DNA of 63,758 nucleotides, filler included, from Octopus bimaculoides (Eukaryota), in NCBI RefSeq assembly GCF_001194135.2. It is 8 parts of 8 records of this genome, joined end to end, with 100 filler letters (N's around TTAATTAATTAA, not from the genome) between each part and the next. Parts side by side here need not be neighbours in the genome. Positions count along the whole stretch, not along the records: positions 4,798 to 22,890 come from NC_068993.1; positions 22,991 to 29,020 come from NC_068996.1; 6 more parts are not named here. One strand, given 5' to 3'. The notes below the pieces were generated by a model. It searched no databases, was not told the DNA's origin, and saw only the letters and a program-made list of their open reading frames with translations. Shown here piece by piece: positions 12,611 through 25,776 of the stretch; within the stretch, counting starts at the first letter, position 1, and the number at the start of each line of letters is the position of its first letter. A program made the position numbers and the translations under genes.

Positions 12611-13540
12611 TATGTCGTTGTTGGTTTTGCTGTTTCTCCTTCTTTCAACCTTGTCTGAATAAGTATTCTAGCCACAACATTTCCATCTAGACGTCAACTG
12701 CATTCCATTGGAATCCTACATCATTTAATATATCTCGACTTTGCCTGTTGTTTCTAGCAGATCAAGCGACCATATGGTAGCTCTCAGTCCTCACCGTCTG
12801 TGAATGCAGGAACATTATTTATAGTGATATGACTGGTTAAAGTAACCGTTTAATTTACTTGATTTTACTCCAGTACTTACTGTTGCAGAATCCACTGCCC
12901 ACAAATATGTAGCCAGCAAATTCACTGATCAATTCACACACATTGACACTGTTGATACGAATATGATATATTGTGTGTACAATATTACTGAATGTGACAG
13001 AAACTGACAAGAAAATCTTCTGGAAATGTCTGCAGAAACATTTGGAAAGAAACAAGCCGAAGTACACAGTAAACCGTATAAATTAATACGAAGCATTCGT
13101 GTCGATCTGGATAGTAGCTATATGTGATTTAATGCATACGTATTCAGTTGTTAAATGTAGCGCTGTTTTACTTTCTGTTGCCAAAAAGAGTTTATAAATA
13201 ATAAATATGCCATTTGTTATCAAGCTCTGGAACAAATTTAGGTAGGTTTCTCCTGCCCAAGTAAGTGCACCTCTGTATCCTCAAGCGTTTTTAGTATTGT
13301 CTTTTGGTAGCGTAAATGTGTATTCCTATAGTACAACACTTAGCTTTGTTATGGAATCTGCTTGTTTTGTGGTATTATTTGTGCTTCATAAGCTACTTGA
13401 ATTGAGGTTTTAGTGTCAAAATGCGAATGCCTGTCATAGTTTTAATGTATCGCTACTTGTTCTAGTCTATGCTTAGTCTGTATTCTCTCTATGAGTTGTT
13501 CAATTTCACCCATTTGCATCTCATTATTACAACTCATATA

Positions 13541-13682
13541 AGACGGTGACCTGGCAGGAACGTTAGCACGCTAGGCAAAATGCTTAGCAATATTTCGTAT
13601 GTCTACGTTCTGAGTTCAATTTCCGCCGAGGTTTACCTTGACTTTCATACTTTCGGGGTCGATAACATAATTATCAAGTAAT
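13541..13682 (+). mobile_element. SINE family 2, 3'-truncated
   Basis: GACGGTGACCTGGCAGGAACGTTAGCACGC...TCTGAGTTCAATTTCCGCCGAGG...TTTCGGGGTCGATAA. Confidence 0.8.
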
Positions 13683-14581
13683 TATAATTGTTACTTGATA
13701 AAAATTCGGTAAATATAAAGAGAAGCATTTGATAAGTATATGTGATATGTCCTAGCAGCCTAATTACTGCCGATCTCATAGAAGTCTCACACAAAATAGT
13801 ACGACGCTATATTTATCAATATAATAATATTGGATCGTCCTTATCAGAACGTGTATAGTTTAATCACGATAGTAGTGGGGCTGTCCAACAACAAATCTAC
13901 CAATAAGTTAGTCGTTTACCATTTATTCATTGTCGATAAAATAACTGGAAGTAAGACACTTAGTTCGTTATCTTCAATTGTTTCTCATTTCCCGTGTTAT
14001 ATATACAAACAAGGAAGCTGGTAATGGAGAAAGCACTTAAGCAGTCTTAGCTTTTTTTTATGTTCATCTTATTTAAGTCAATTATCTTGAGTGTGTTGAG
14101 AAGTTTTAGTGAAACAGAAAACAAACACAAGGGATATCTCATTCGGTCGAAAGAAACAGCCAAAACCGTGCATACAATATATAGAAATATCATCAATTAA
14201 CTTATTATTCTAGAACCAATCTACAAGAATTTACATCATCAACGCTCAATTATAATGACCAATAATTGTAATACATCGATCACAAGCTTCTTCCTAGCTC
14301 TAGCATACTTTTATAACTGCTATTAAAATGTAAAAGCTTATACAATAAAAAGGGGTCAGTGATATCTGAAAGAAATGTTACGTAATACGCATGCTCCTGA
14401 ATGATTTGTCTCCTGAAGAATAAAGTCTAAAAGTAGAAATTTGGGCTGATTCCGCATATTTAAAAAGTTGACAGATTCCAAAACGTAAATTATGAACTCT
14501 AGTTTTAAAATGCTTTGAACATTTCATTATTTCATTGAAAATTAGCATTCATCACAATCTTACTTGTCGCAGTCGTATATA

Positions 14582-14627
<46 letters not shown>

Positions 14628-14812
14628 TGTGTTTGTATCCCCAGCATCGCTTGACAACCGATGTTGGTGTGTTTACGTCCCCGTTACATACCGGTACAAC
14701 AAAAGATACCGATAAAATAGGTACTGGGATTACAAAGAATAAGTCCTGACGTCGATTTGTTCGACTAAAGGCAGTGTTCCAGCATGGTCGCAGTCACATG
14801 ACTGAAACGAAT
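14582..14812 (+). mobile_element. SINE family 1, 3' half
   Basis: (TG)n followed by CATCGCTTGACAACCGATGTTGGTGTGTTTACGTCCCCG...GACTGAAAC. Confidence 0.8.
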
Positions 14813-15649
14813 AATTGCGGCCATGCTGGAGCACTTATATCATTATGCATAGAAATACACGTGTATGTATATACATACTTTTCAATGTAATGTATATAAA
14901 CACAACTCCCTTACGTTTATTCCCAGCGCCCGACCTGCTGCAGAAACTTCGGAGCACGGTTCGGCTTGAATGATCACAGCTAGAAAATCTTTCAACCATT
15001 TTCTTTTCGCATGTGATGTTCTGGTGATGTTCGACAACAACGGACGAACTTTTCATACATTTGAATAATTACACACACACACACACATGCATATATTTAT
15101 ATAACATATATTTTCGAATATCAATTAACAATTAAGGGTACTAGCAAGTACCCTTAATTATCAATTGATATTTTGTACTCTAATAGGTTTTTTTTATGCA
15201 CGCTAGACAACTGATATTATTATAGATAATATCCTTATAGATATTTATATATTTGAATATATATATATATATGTATGTGTGTTTGTGTGCATGTGTGCGC
15301 ATGTATATATGTGGACACATACATGCATAGACATACATATACACATATATATATATATATATATTATACTGGGACATCGTATACGTATAACTCTGCAAAT
15401 TACTTAGAAGCAAGAAGTAAATAGCCTAACTCTCTCTTTTTCTCTCTCTCTCTGGTTTTTTTTTTAAGTCAACCGCACAAGCATTTGACCCGACAATGTA
15501 AATAAATCGGAGAGTGAATAATATAGTCACTAGACAAATTAAGATATTCCTTAAACTGAGCAGCTATCATAAAAAAAGGCAAATAAAGAAAAAAACAAAC
15601 AAAAAAATACACCCACTCCCCTAAAAAAAAAAACAATTTGATGAACGCA

Positions 15650-15673
15650 ACGACCAACAACAATAGCAACAAT

Positions 15674-15711
<38 letters not shown>

Positions 15712-15850
15712 TAATAATAATAATAGTAGTAGTAATAAGATGAGGAGGAGGAGTAAGAAGATGAAGAACAACAACAACGACAACAGCAACAATAACAACA
15801 AAAGTAACAACAGCGATGATAATAATAATAATAACAACAACAACAACAAC

Positions 15851-15888
<38 letters not shown>

Positions 15889-17130
15889 NNNNNNNNNNNN
15901 NNNNNNNNNNNNNNNNNNNNNNNNNNNNNNNNNNNNNNNNNNNNNNNNNNNNNNNNNNNNNNNNNNNNNNNNNNNNNNNNNNNNNNNNNNNNNNNNNNNN
16001 NNNNNNNNNNNNNNNNNNNNNNNNNNNNNNNNNNNNNNNNNNNNNNNNNNNNNNNNNNNNNNNNNNNNNNNNNNNNNNNNNNNNNNNNNNNNNNNNNNNN
16101 NNNNNNNNNNNNNNNNNNNNNNNNNNNNNNNNNNNNNNNNNNNNNNNNNNNNNNNNNNNNNNNNNNNNNNNNNNNNNNNNNNNNNNNNNNNNNNNNNNNN
16201 NNNNNNNNNNNNNNNNNNNNNNNNNNNNNNNNNNNNNNNNNNNNNNNNNNNNNNNNNNNNNNNNNNNNNNNNNNNNNNNNNNNNNNNNNNNNNNNNNNNN
16301 NNNNNNNNNNNNNNNNNNNNNNNNNNNNNNNNNNNNNNNNNNNNNNNNNNNNNNNNNNNNNNNNNNNNNNNNNNNNNNNNNNNNNNNNNNNNNNNNNNNN
16401 NNNNNNNNNNNNNNNNNNNNNNNNNNNNNNNNNNNNNNNNNNNNNNNNNNNNNNNNNNNNNNNNNNNNNNNNNNNNNNNNNNNNNNNNNNNNNNNNNNNN
16501 NNNNNNNNNNNNNNNNNNNNNNNNNNNNNNNNNNNNNNNNNNNNNNNNNNNNNNNNNNNNNNNNNNNNNNNNNNNNNNNNNNNNNNNNNNNNNNNNNNNN
16601 NNNNNNNNNNNNNNNNNNNNNNNNNNNNNNNNNNNNNNNNNNNNNNNNNNNNNNNNNNNNNNNNNNNNNNNNNNNNNNNNNNNNNNNNNNNNNNNNNNNN
16701 NNNNNNNNNNNNNNNNNNNNNNNNNNNNNNNNNNNNNNNNNNNNNNNNNNNNNNNNNNNNNNNNNNNNNNNNNNCCTCCCCTCCTCCTCCTCCTCCTCCT
16801 CATCTTTGTCGTCGACACGATCATTATTCTGATTATGGTTCCCCTCCTGGTTCTCTGTCTCAGCACCACCACCACCACTATCACCACCACCACTACCACC
16901 ACCAACAAAAAACAACAACATCATCATCATCGTAATTAGCGTTATCCACGTTACCACCAAGATCATCATTCTAACTATGGCCCTTTTCCTCCCCTTCCTC
17001 TTCCTCCTCTTACTTCTACTACTCCTCCTCCTTCTCATCATCATCATCACCATTATTATCATCACCATTATCATCATCATCATCATCAACAACAACAGCC
17101 TCAGATAATAAATGATGATGACAACAACGA
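15650..17130. repeat. Compound trinucleotide repeats (AAT/AAC/TCC/CAT) around an 885-N gap
   Basis: Seen directly. It explains the poly-N/I/L/S ORFs between 15551 and 17161. Confidence 0.9.
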
Positions 17131-17742
17131 TTATGTTCGCAATGAAAGAAGCTACGTACACCGATATGAAGCAAGGGAGATAACAGCTGTCATAGAAAAC
17201 TTGGGATCTAAGGACATCCCATTATTAATGAAAGTAAAACACTTCGATATTTCCGTCGACCAAGTCACGATGTTGAGTCGCGACGATTTGTATTTACATA
17301 ATTATATCTTGGTATCAAATATATATATATATATATATATATATGCTGGAAGGTTTGGAGGTGATGTACAGGAATTATATATTAGAAAAAATAATAATCC
17401 GGTACTCAGATGCCTGGATGGTTGTATATTTACAGATTTTTATTCATATGTCCTGTGTGAATATTATCTTTTTCTTATATATATATATACTCACATACAT
17501 ATACATATACATGTGGTGTGTGCTAGAGGGTTTGCAAATCCAATGGGGGTCTTAAAAGACATGTTAGGATCCACAATGAGCAGAACTTACTTGCAGGTAT
17601 TGGTAGTGCAAATCAGAGGTGCAATCTGTGTGGGTGTTTTTTCAAAACACTGTCTGGTTTAAAAAGCCACATCAGACGTCATGAAAGGGCTAAGGTGTAG
17701 GTGCAGGAGGTGGTCAAACTCTGTTTAAGGAGTAGACAACCA

Positions 17743-17794
<52 letters not shown>

Positions 17795-17869
17795 CTACAT
17801 AGACATACATATACATACACACATACATATATATGTATGTATGTATGTATGCATGTGTATATATATATG

Positions 17870-18043
17870 TGTGTGTGTGTGTCTTTGTATCACCATCAAC
17901 CTTGACAACCAGTGTTGGTGCGTTTACGCTCCCGTAACTTAGCAGTAAAAATAAGTACCGGGCGTCAAAAAATACGTCCTGGGATCGATTTGTTCGATTA
18001 AAACTCTTCACGGCAGGGCTCCAGCGTAAGAATAAAAGAATAA
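17870..18043 (+). mobile_element. SINE family 1, 3' half
   Basis: CCTTGACAACCAGTGTTGGTGCGTTTACG...CCTGGGATCGATTTGTTCGA...CTCCAGC. Confidence 0.75.
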
Positions 18044-20479
18044 TATACATACTTTCATATATAATATATATATACCCAGTTGTGTATGCATTTGTAAGCA
18101 GTGTATTTAAACGTCGATTTTTACGAAGTGAATATGGGAGAGGGAACTATACACACACCCATATGCAAAGTCACAGTCACAGCTCACATTCTATACACCG
18201 TACTGTGCACACAACGACCTGAAAATATTTTATTAAAATAGAGCTGTAAACATGTGATATATTGTAAACTTTTCAATAGTTTGTTAAGCGCCATAATATC
18301 AGACATTTCCTACGACGTTCTAAACTATGAACAGCAATCTATATTTAAGCTTCAGTACATTCGTTTGTTTCATCAATTATCTTGCTTTTAGAATTTCTGT
18401 TGTCTGTAGGTTTCGGTTAATCAACACTATGCAAAAGTCTCCGAGCACTTCGTTGCAGATCTTCCTGCAACAATTGAAATTGATGAGGTGCTCGCTTGTT
18501 TCACTGCCGTTTCACTTCTTGACATTTCTTCAAGCAAACGAGACACTCTTTATGTAGTCGCTCGAACTGTTGATTAGTCAAACTAGTGTCCCGTATACAA
18601 AAGACAAGATGGTCATAGTAGGAGAGTCTCTGGTCAGGAGTTTGCTTGTTCAAGGCTGATGAGCGGCTAATCACAAACATAATTTACAGTACTCTAAAGT
18701 TTCTTTGCATCAAAGAACTTTCAAGAGAAAATCATACTAGTAAGACATTTGAATAATACATTTTTGCTCTTTAAATTTTCATAAAAACGTCTCAGAACAC
18801 TAAAATATCAGGATTTATTAAGAATCTAGTAGATCGATTTCTGAAATATTTTTGCTAAAATTGTAGTGCTTTCATTCGGTTAGTATAAGTGAAATAATTC
18901 CCTCCCGCCGCTTTTTTTTATTAACATCTAACTTCCATACCTAAACTCTTCATTTGTTTATCCTTCCACGTAGTTAAGTACCCAATACTAACCAGTCGGG
19001 ATTCACAGTACCGGTTATTCTATTCAGCCTGTCGATCGTTGAATGCAAAACAAGGCTCACGAATGTCCTGAGATACCGTCTCGGGTAGTGTCCTGAGATA
19101 CCGCCTTACATTTGGACACCAATCCGTCAAATGGTTATCCCTTTACAGCTGAGTGACAAAAGGCAACTCACTACAACCTTTTGCATGTTCGGTTAACGGC
19201 GACTAAGCCAGTAATCCCACGAAGATTGCTTGATGAGGAGGATAATGGTTTTGGACATCCTGCGGGACGAAAGATAAAACTCGCCAAAGGGTGGGGGGAC
19301 TCAAGAGAGTCAACAGCCCAATAATGTGTGAAGGCACGTGGTCTAATGGTGAAGGTGGTCAGCGTGTTGTACTCATAATAGCAAGATCGTGGTTTCGATT
19401 TCTTGAGCAGCTGTACGTTGTGTTCTTGAAGAAAACAAAATTCAGTGTGTTTTCGACCAACTGAATGACCTATTTTATAGCTAATGGCGTTTCCGAGGTC
19501 AACATTTACGGTCATAAAAGCAGTTTTGAATTTTGATTCTGGATTAAGCCCTGTGGGCTAAACAAATATTAAAACCTGAAATATTTCCGCTCATGTTGAT
19601 TACAACTAGTTTTGGTCAGTAATCAGGCAATGCTGCATATCAGAGGTCACTGTAAAAGATCTTCACTTATTCTGAGGAATATCTTTGTAATTATACTGAA
19701 AAAGGTAAATATGTTTTGCTTTTGTATACAAATACTACAATGTAAAAATATTTTGCTGATACACGTATGAACTGTGACTCAATGCACGTAACTACATTAT
19801 TTAATGATCTCTTCTTTTCTGTCCAGAGCAGCATTTAAAATTCGTTTAAAGTCCTTAAGTTTCATTTTAAGAAGACAGTCGTGTGTTGAAAGTGAAAAAC
19901 GACCGGTGTTTGTTGTAACTCACAAAATACAAGCATGTTAAAACTTAAGTAAATATTCCTTATCAATGTTCAAAATAAAGAATGTAGAACTACTTGAATT
20001 CTAGGCTACAAAACAGCCCCCACCGCCAAAAAAATAACACAATAGAATGTAAAATATGAAGGCAATATCTATTACATGCCGCCTGGCAAGAAATTGTAAT
20101 CTAAGAGAGACGAGATAGATGAAAGAGAAAAGTGGGCAAGAGGGAATCAAATCAAAAATATTCCAAGAATTTTCAGAAGCAAGCTAAGAACAAAAGAAAA
20201 AAAGAAATCTCTCTTCGAAGACCGAGTAAGAATTATCTGGAAATATAAACAATAAATGAAACAATTTGTTAATTGACTGGGCCATACCGCATTTAACATA
20301 CTAATACTAGCAAAAAGCAAGTACATTCCTGAGCATAAGTAGGCATTATTATGCATACGTATCTTAGTTTTACAGCTCGTATTTTCCATACCTCTTATTT
20401 TTCGACGTTCTAATCCATCGCTGTATTTGTTTCTACGCTATCGCTTAGTTTTTACCCTATCGCTTTCATCCTTCGTCCC

Positions 20480-20597
20480 TCCCTCCCTTCCTTCCTTACT
20501 TCCTTCCTTCCATCTATCCTTCCTTCCTTCCTTCCTCCCTTCCTTCCTTCCTTCCTTCCTTCCTTCCTTCCTTCCTTCCTTCCTTCTTTCTTTCCTT
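20480..20597. repeat. (TTCC)n microsatellite
   Basis: Seen directly. Confidence 0.9.
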
Positions 20598-22990
20598 GCA
20601 GTTATAATATTTCGTCTTCTATGGCCGATGTGTTTATTTTCCACAACGGCTAACATTTTGTATATCACCATTACTTTTCATGCATTTTTCATTCCAAGAT
20701 TTTTCACAATAAATGTGGAGATAAACTGCATGGGGAAATCACTCATTTTTACCATTTAAAAGCTATGCACATCAACGGAAACGGAAATGGTTTATGTTTT
20801 CAATATATCAATCTGTAATGGTGGGAATGAATTATGGAATGACTATTGTCACTGCAACAAGAAACTATTAGTAACCACGGTGGAGAATCTTTACTTTCTA
20901 TAACGTTCTATATTACATACACGCATACGTGTATATTACAAACACACACACGCACATATGTGTGTCTGAATCTAGGTATATATTATATAAGCATAACTAT
21001 GTTCATATATATTTCAATATATATTCACACATAATCACACACTCGGATAGATATATTTATATGCATAAAATATGTATATTTATACGCGTGCATAAACAGA
21101 TACACACGTACATTGATATACGTGCATGTATATATATTTATGCATATGCATATGTATATATGTAGACATACACAGGCACACAGATACAAACACACATATA
21201 CAGATGTACCTATATATGCATATATATATACAAACTAAACCCTTCGATTTCACCATCAATATTTCCCTACACACATCTATAAAATTTGCTTAAACAATTC
21301 CTATTATTGAGAAAATAGCCCTAGAGTTACGGACTCGAAAAAGAGATTGATACATATATAAGATGAACAAAATACAATAAACAGCGCACAGCATATTAGA
21401 GCATACAGATGAAATAAAAAATAAATAAAAGTAAGTATTTGATCAATATTAAGGCTGACCGATTTGAGGTAGTTTTTACGTTATCTTATCTTCCCGATAT
21501 CTCATTTCGATTTAGACTCTCTATATTCATGAGTATTTGTGATACTAAAAACAAAATTTTAAAAGTATCATATATAAAAATTATATATAAAAAAAATATA
21601 GTACTATATGTATATAATTGAACAAATATGGATTCATATAAGTACACGTATATTCAGACATGTATATGCACATACGTATATAGACGCTCACGAAAGTAAT
21701 TACATATTTGTATTATGGGAGCAAAAATGAAGGAGAGAGATAGAGACACAGAGATACAAAGAGAGATAGAGAGACAGGGAGAGGAGAGGCAGTGAGGGAA
21801 AGTGAGAGAGAGTGAAAGAAAGAAGGAAATCCATGCAGTCACATACACACACATATACATACGCACATGCATGCATACATTCATATATATATGTATATAT
21901 ATATATGTATATGTATATATATATATATTTATATATATATAAATATATATATATATATACATTTACACACACACATATATATGCATAATACATACATGCA
22001 TGCATATATGCATACATACGTACACTCACACATACATAATACACACACACACACACACACATACATACATACATACATATAATTTACTAGCAAAAATTGT
22101 GTTCGCGAATAGAGTAATATGAAGGCACTATAACTGCCTTCGCATTGTTCACGAAGCGTAGAATTATTTTATCTAGTGTGTATTTAAGCATCCTCCATTT
22201 ATTATTTTTCGATTTTTTTTTCACTTCAAGAGGTTCTTGCCCTTTTTATTCACATTCTATTTTATTCACATGAATGTACTTATTTAATATTTTTTTTGTT
22301 CCTTTATATATATTTCATTGAGTTCTACTGATGAAATATACAAAATAACAAGTGCCAGATCTGGTCAGAGTAATTTAAGGAAATATAATATGTGCCTATT
22401 TAGTTCCTGCCACTTTCTTCACGATATTAATATGTAAGGTAAAGCAGGAACCCATGAATATCTCTGTGTTATTTTCTTTTACGCGTTGCTATATTTGATA
22501 GCCAATTGTGGATATAACCATATGAAAAGAAAAACAAAAAAATCCTGATATTGTTTTGTCTTTCCTTTCTTTTTGTCGAAAATCTTTCAAGCAGTATCCT
22601 TTAAACGAATGTGTTAATATGTTGTATACCATTTCGTTGAGGATATATATATATATATGCATATACATACGTGCGTATATATTTATCCATACATAAAGAT
22701 TTTATACATACATGCATACATACATGCATGCATACATACACACAAAGGCAGAGACACACACACTTACAAACACACATACACATGCACACGCGCGCACACA
22801 TTCATATACGTATATGTAAGGTGAGGGAATTAAATAGATAATCAGTTAGAAAGCTATATATACACATATATACATATATATATATATATANNNNNNNNNN
22901 NNNNNNNNNNNNNNNNNNNNNNNNNNNNNNNNNNTTAATTAATTAANNNNNNNNNNNNNNNNNNNNNNNNNNNNNNNNNNNNNNNNNNNN

Positions 22991-23080
22991 CTTCTTCTTC
23001 TTCTTCTTCTTCTTCTTCTTCTTCTTCTTCTTCTTCTTCTTCTTCTTCTTCTTCTTCTTCTTCTTCTTTTTCTTCTTCTT
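22991..23080. repeat. (CTT)n microsatellite; also (GAA)n at 24974-25052 and 42399-42483
   Basis: Seen directly. Confidence 0.9.
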
Positions 23081-23369
23081 TACCTCTCACCTTTTCCCTT
23101 CCTCAGTCACCTGTCCCAGCTCAGTAATTGCCCCCTGCACTTACACTCCCATCTCCACCTTCTCTCTCATCCACCTCCTCCCCGTTTCTAGCCTTTTTGT
23201 TGTCATTACCCCCCCCTCTCATATTTCCCACTCCTAGAGCTATACACCTTAGGTTACTGAGTACTCACAAAGCCTAGGTCAACCAGAGACAATAAATGTA
23301 AATGTACTTGCTCAAGAAGCCATACTATGGAATCAAACCTAGAACCTCATGGTTGTGAAATAAAACTCC

Positions 23370-24402
23370 TTAACCGTTTAGCATTCAGATTACTCTGTCA
23401 AATGACGGATTACTCTGTCAAATGACAGATTACTCTGTCAAATCTAATGCTTATTTATTCACATTATTTTGGAATTAATCATGTCTTATCTCATAGCTTC
23501 AAGATTTCAATAATGTGATTGTATATTTTTAGAATGACATTGTAGGGTATGTGTGAGAGGCTAGATCTGGTCAGTTTGGACATGAAATAGGTAGAATATT
23601 TAGGCCAGATGTGGCTGGTTTAAATGCTGAAGGGTTAAAATGATAGGGAATTATTTGAAGATCTGGCTACTATGTCTAGCAAGTTGAGCAACCACTATGA
23701 GGTTCTGGCATTGGATTGTAACATTAATATGTTGCTGTTGTTTAACCCCAGGTCAAACCTGTTTGATCAGCTCTCATGATAATTCAGTCTATTAAATCTT
23801 ACTCTGTCAAATGTAATTCTTCTTTATTCATTGTTTTGGAATTAATCATGCCTTATCTCATGGCTTCAAGATTTTAAGGATATGATTGTATATTTTAAGA
23901 ATGACATTGTAAGGTAGGTGTGAGAGGCTGGATCTGGTCAGTTTGAACATGAAATAGGTAGAATATTCAGGCCAGATGTGGCTGGTTTAAATGCTAAAAG
24001 GNNNNNNNNNNNNNNNNNNNNNNNNNNNNNNNNNNNNNNNNNNNNNNNNNNNNNNNNNGGGAATTATTTGAAGATCTGGCTACTATGTCTAGCAAGTTGA
24101 GCAACCACTATGAGGTTCTGGCATTGGCTTGTAACAGAATATGTTGCTGTTGTTTAACCCCAGGTCAGCCCTGTTTGACCAGTTCTCATGATCATCCAGT
24201 CTATTTAATCCTTTAGCATTCAGATGACTCTGTCAAATGTAATTCTTCTTTATTTACATTGTTTTAGAATTAAAGGATGTGATTGTATATTTTAAGAAAG
24301 GCATTGTAAGGTAGGTGTGAGAGGCTGGATCTGGTCAGTCTGAACATAAAACATGTAGAATGTTTGGGTTGGATATGGCCTGATTAAATGCTAAAGGGTC
24401 AA
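23370..24402. mobile_element. Three tandem copies of a TTAA-flanked, piggyBac-like MITE (23374-23634, ~23793-24001, 24209-24398) separated by a duplicated ~150-bp spacer
   Basis: Termini TTAA|CC(G/C)TTTAGCATT ... AATGCT(G/A)AAGGG|TTAA. Internal sequence is shared among the three copies. Copy 1 has a 20-bp triplication (GATTACTCTGTCAAATGAC(G/A)). Confidence 0.75.
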
Positions 24403-24444
24403 AGAACCAGCTATGCATGCATCTATCAATATATGACTATCTTT

Positions 24445-24665
24445 CATCTTTTACTCGATCCAGTCATTAGACTGTGGCCATGCTACGGCACCACCTCGAG
24501 GAACTTTAGTTGAATGATTTAGCCCCTGTATTCATTACTGCTTTAAGCTTGTTACATATTCCATCTTTTGCTGAATCACTAAGTTACCGGGATGTAAACA
24601 GACACCAGTTGTCAAGCAACGGTGGGGTACAAACACAGGCATAAAGACACACACACACACTCACA
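24445..24665 (-). mobile_element. SINE family 1, old 3' half
   Basis: CAGTCATTAGACTGTGGCCATGCT...CACTAAGTTACCGGGATGTAAACA. Confidence 0.7.
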
Positions 24666-24681
24666 CACATATGTATACATA

Positions 24682-24712
<31 letters not shown>

Positions 24713-24799
24713 GTATACATATAATATTGTCCAACGAATGGGAAATGTAAATTGAGTAACAGTTTTGTAATATTTTTGCTGCTTTTTAATAAAGTAGAT

Positions 24800-24901
<102 letters not shown>

Positions 24902-25439
24902 GTATATATATATGTATGTTTGTATGTATGTATGTATATATACAGTAATCTTCTGGTGCTGGTGGCGGCAGTGAAGAAGAAGAAGAAGAAGAAGAAGAAG
25001 AAGAAGAAGAAGAAGAAGAAGAAGAAGAAGAAGAAGAAGAAGAAGAAGAAGAAGGAAGGAAGGGAGGGAGAGAGAAAGAAAGAAAGAAAGAAAGAACAGA
25101 AGAAAAGAAATTTTATCAGTTCTTTTGCAAGTTTACAGAGAATCATCCTGTAGAGATATTGCCAGTGAGATTAAGCAATTAAGACTACTCAAGAGATCAT
25201 ATGATGTCCATTTGGTCACTGGAGTATTTGGAAAGAAGTCATGAGCAGGAATTCTAAAAACTTCTCAAATATGTTGGGTCTTTTTTTTTTTTGTATATAT
25301 TTTTTGTATTTCTATCTGTTGTCCTGGATTAAAATAAATAAATCTACTGATTTAGTAAAACCAGCAAATTAAGGAGTTACTGCATGGTCGTTTCATTGGT
25401 TATTTTAGAGCAGTCAAAATACATCCTTATACACATATA

Positions 25440-25740
25440 TATGAGCTATGGAGGGAGATGCAAAAAATAGCAGCCAAATATCCCTCAAAATACATCCTGT
25501 TCTCTCTTATACATGTATTTATGAGTTATGGAGGGAGATGCGAGAAATAGCAGCCAAAAATCCCTCAAAATACACCCTGTTCTCTTATACATGTATGTAT
25601 GAGGTGTGGAGGGAGATGACAGAAATAACAGTCTAATATTCCCCAAAACACATCATGCTGTCATATACATGCATGTATGAACTTATGAGGAAGATGTGTA
25701 ATGAGAGAGATGACAGAAACAACAGCCAAATCTTCCTCAT
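25440..25740. repeat. ~79-bp minisatellite, about 3.7 copies
   Basis: Unit starts at 25441, 25521, 25599 and 25677 (ATGAG.TATGGAGGGAGATG..A.AAATAGCAGCCAAA.ATCCCTCAAAATACA.CCTG). Confidence 0.8.
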
Positions 25741-25776
25741 ATTATGCTTTATTGTTTAATGTATATATACAGGTAT

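Noticed and set aside
16940-17662. Stop-free frame with HHHH/QQQQ runs and ~60 complex residues
   Set aside because: It is mostly trinucleotide repeat, crosses a (TA)n tract, lacks an ATG or splice signals, and has no recognisable domain.
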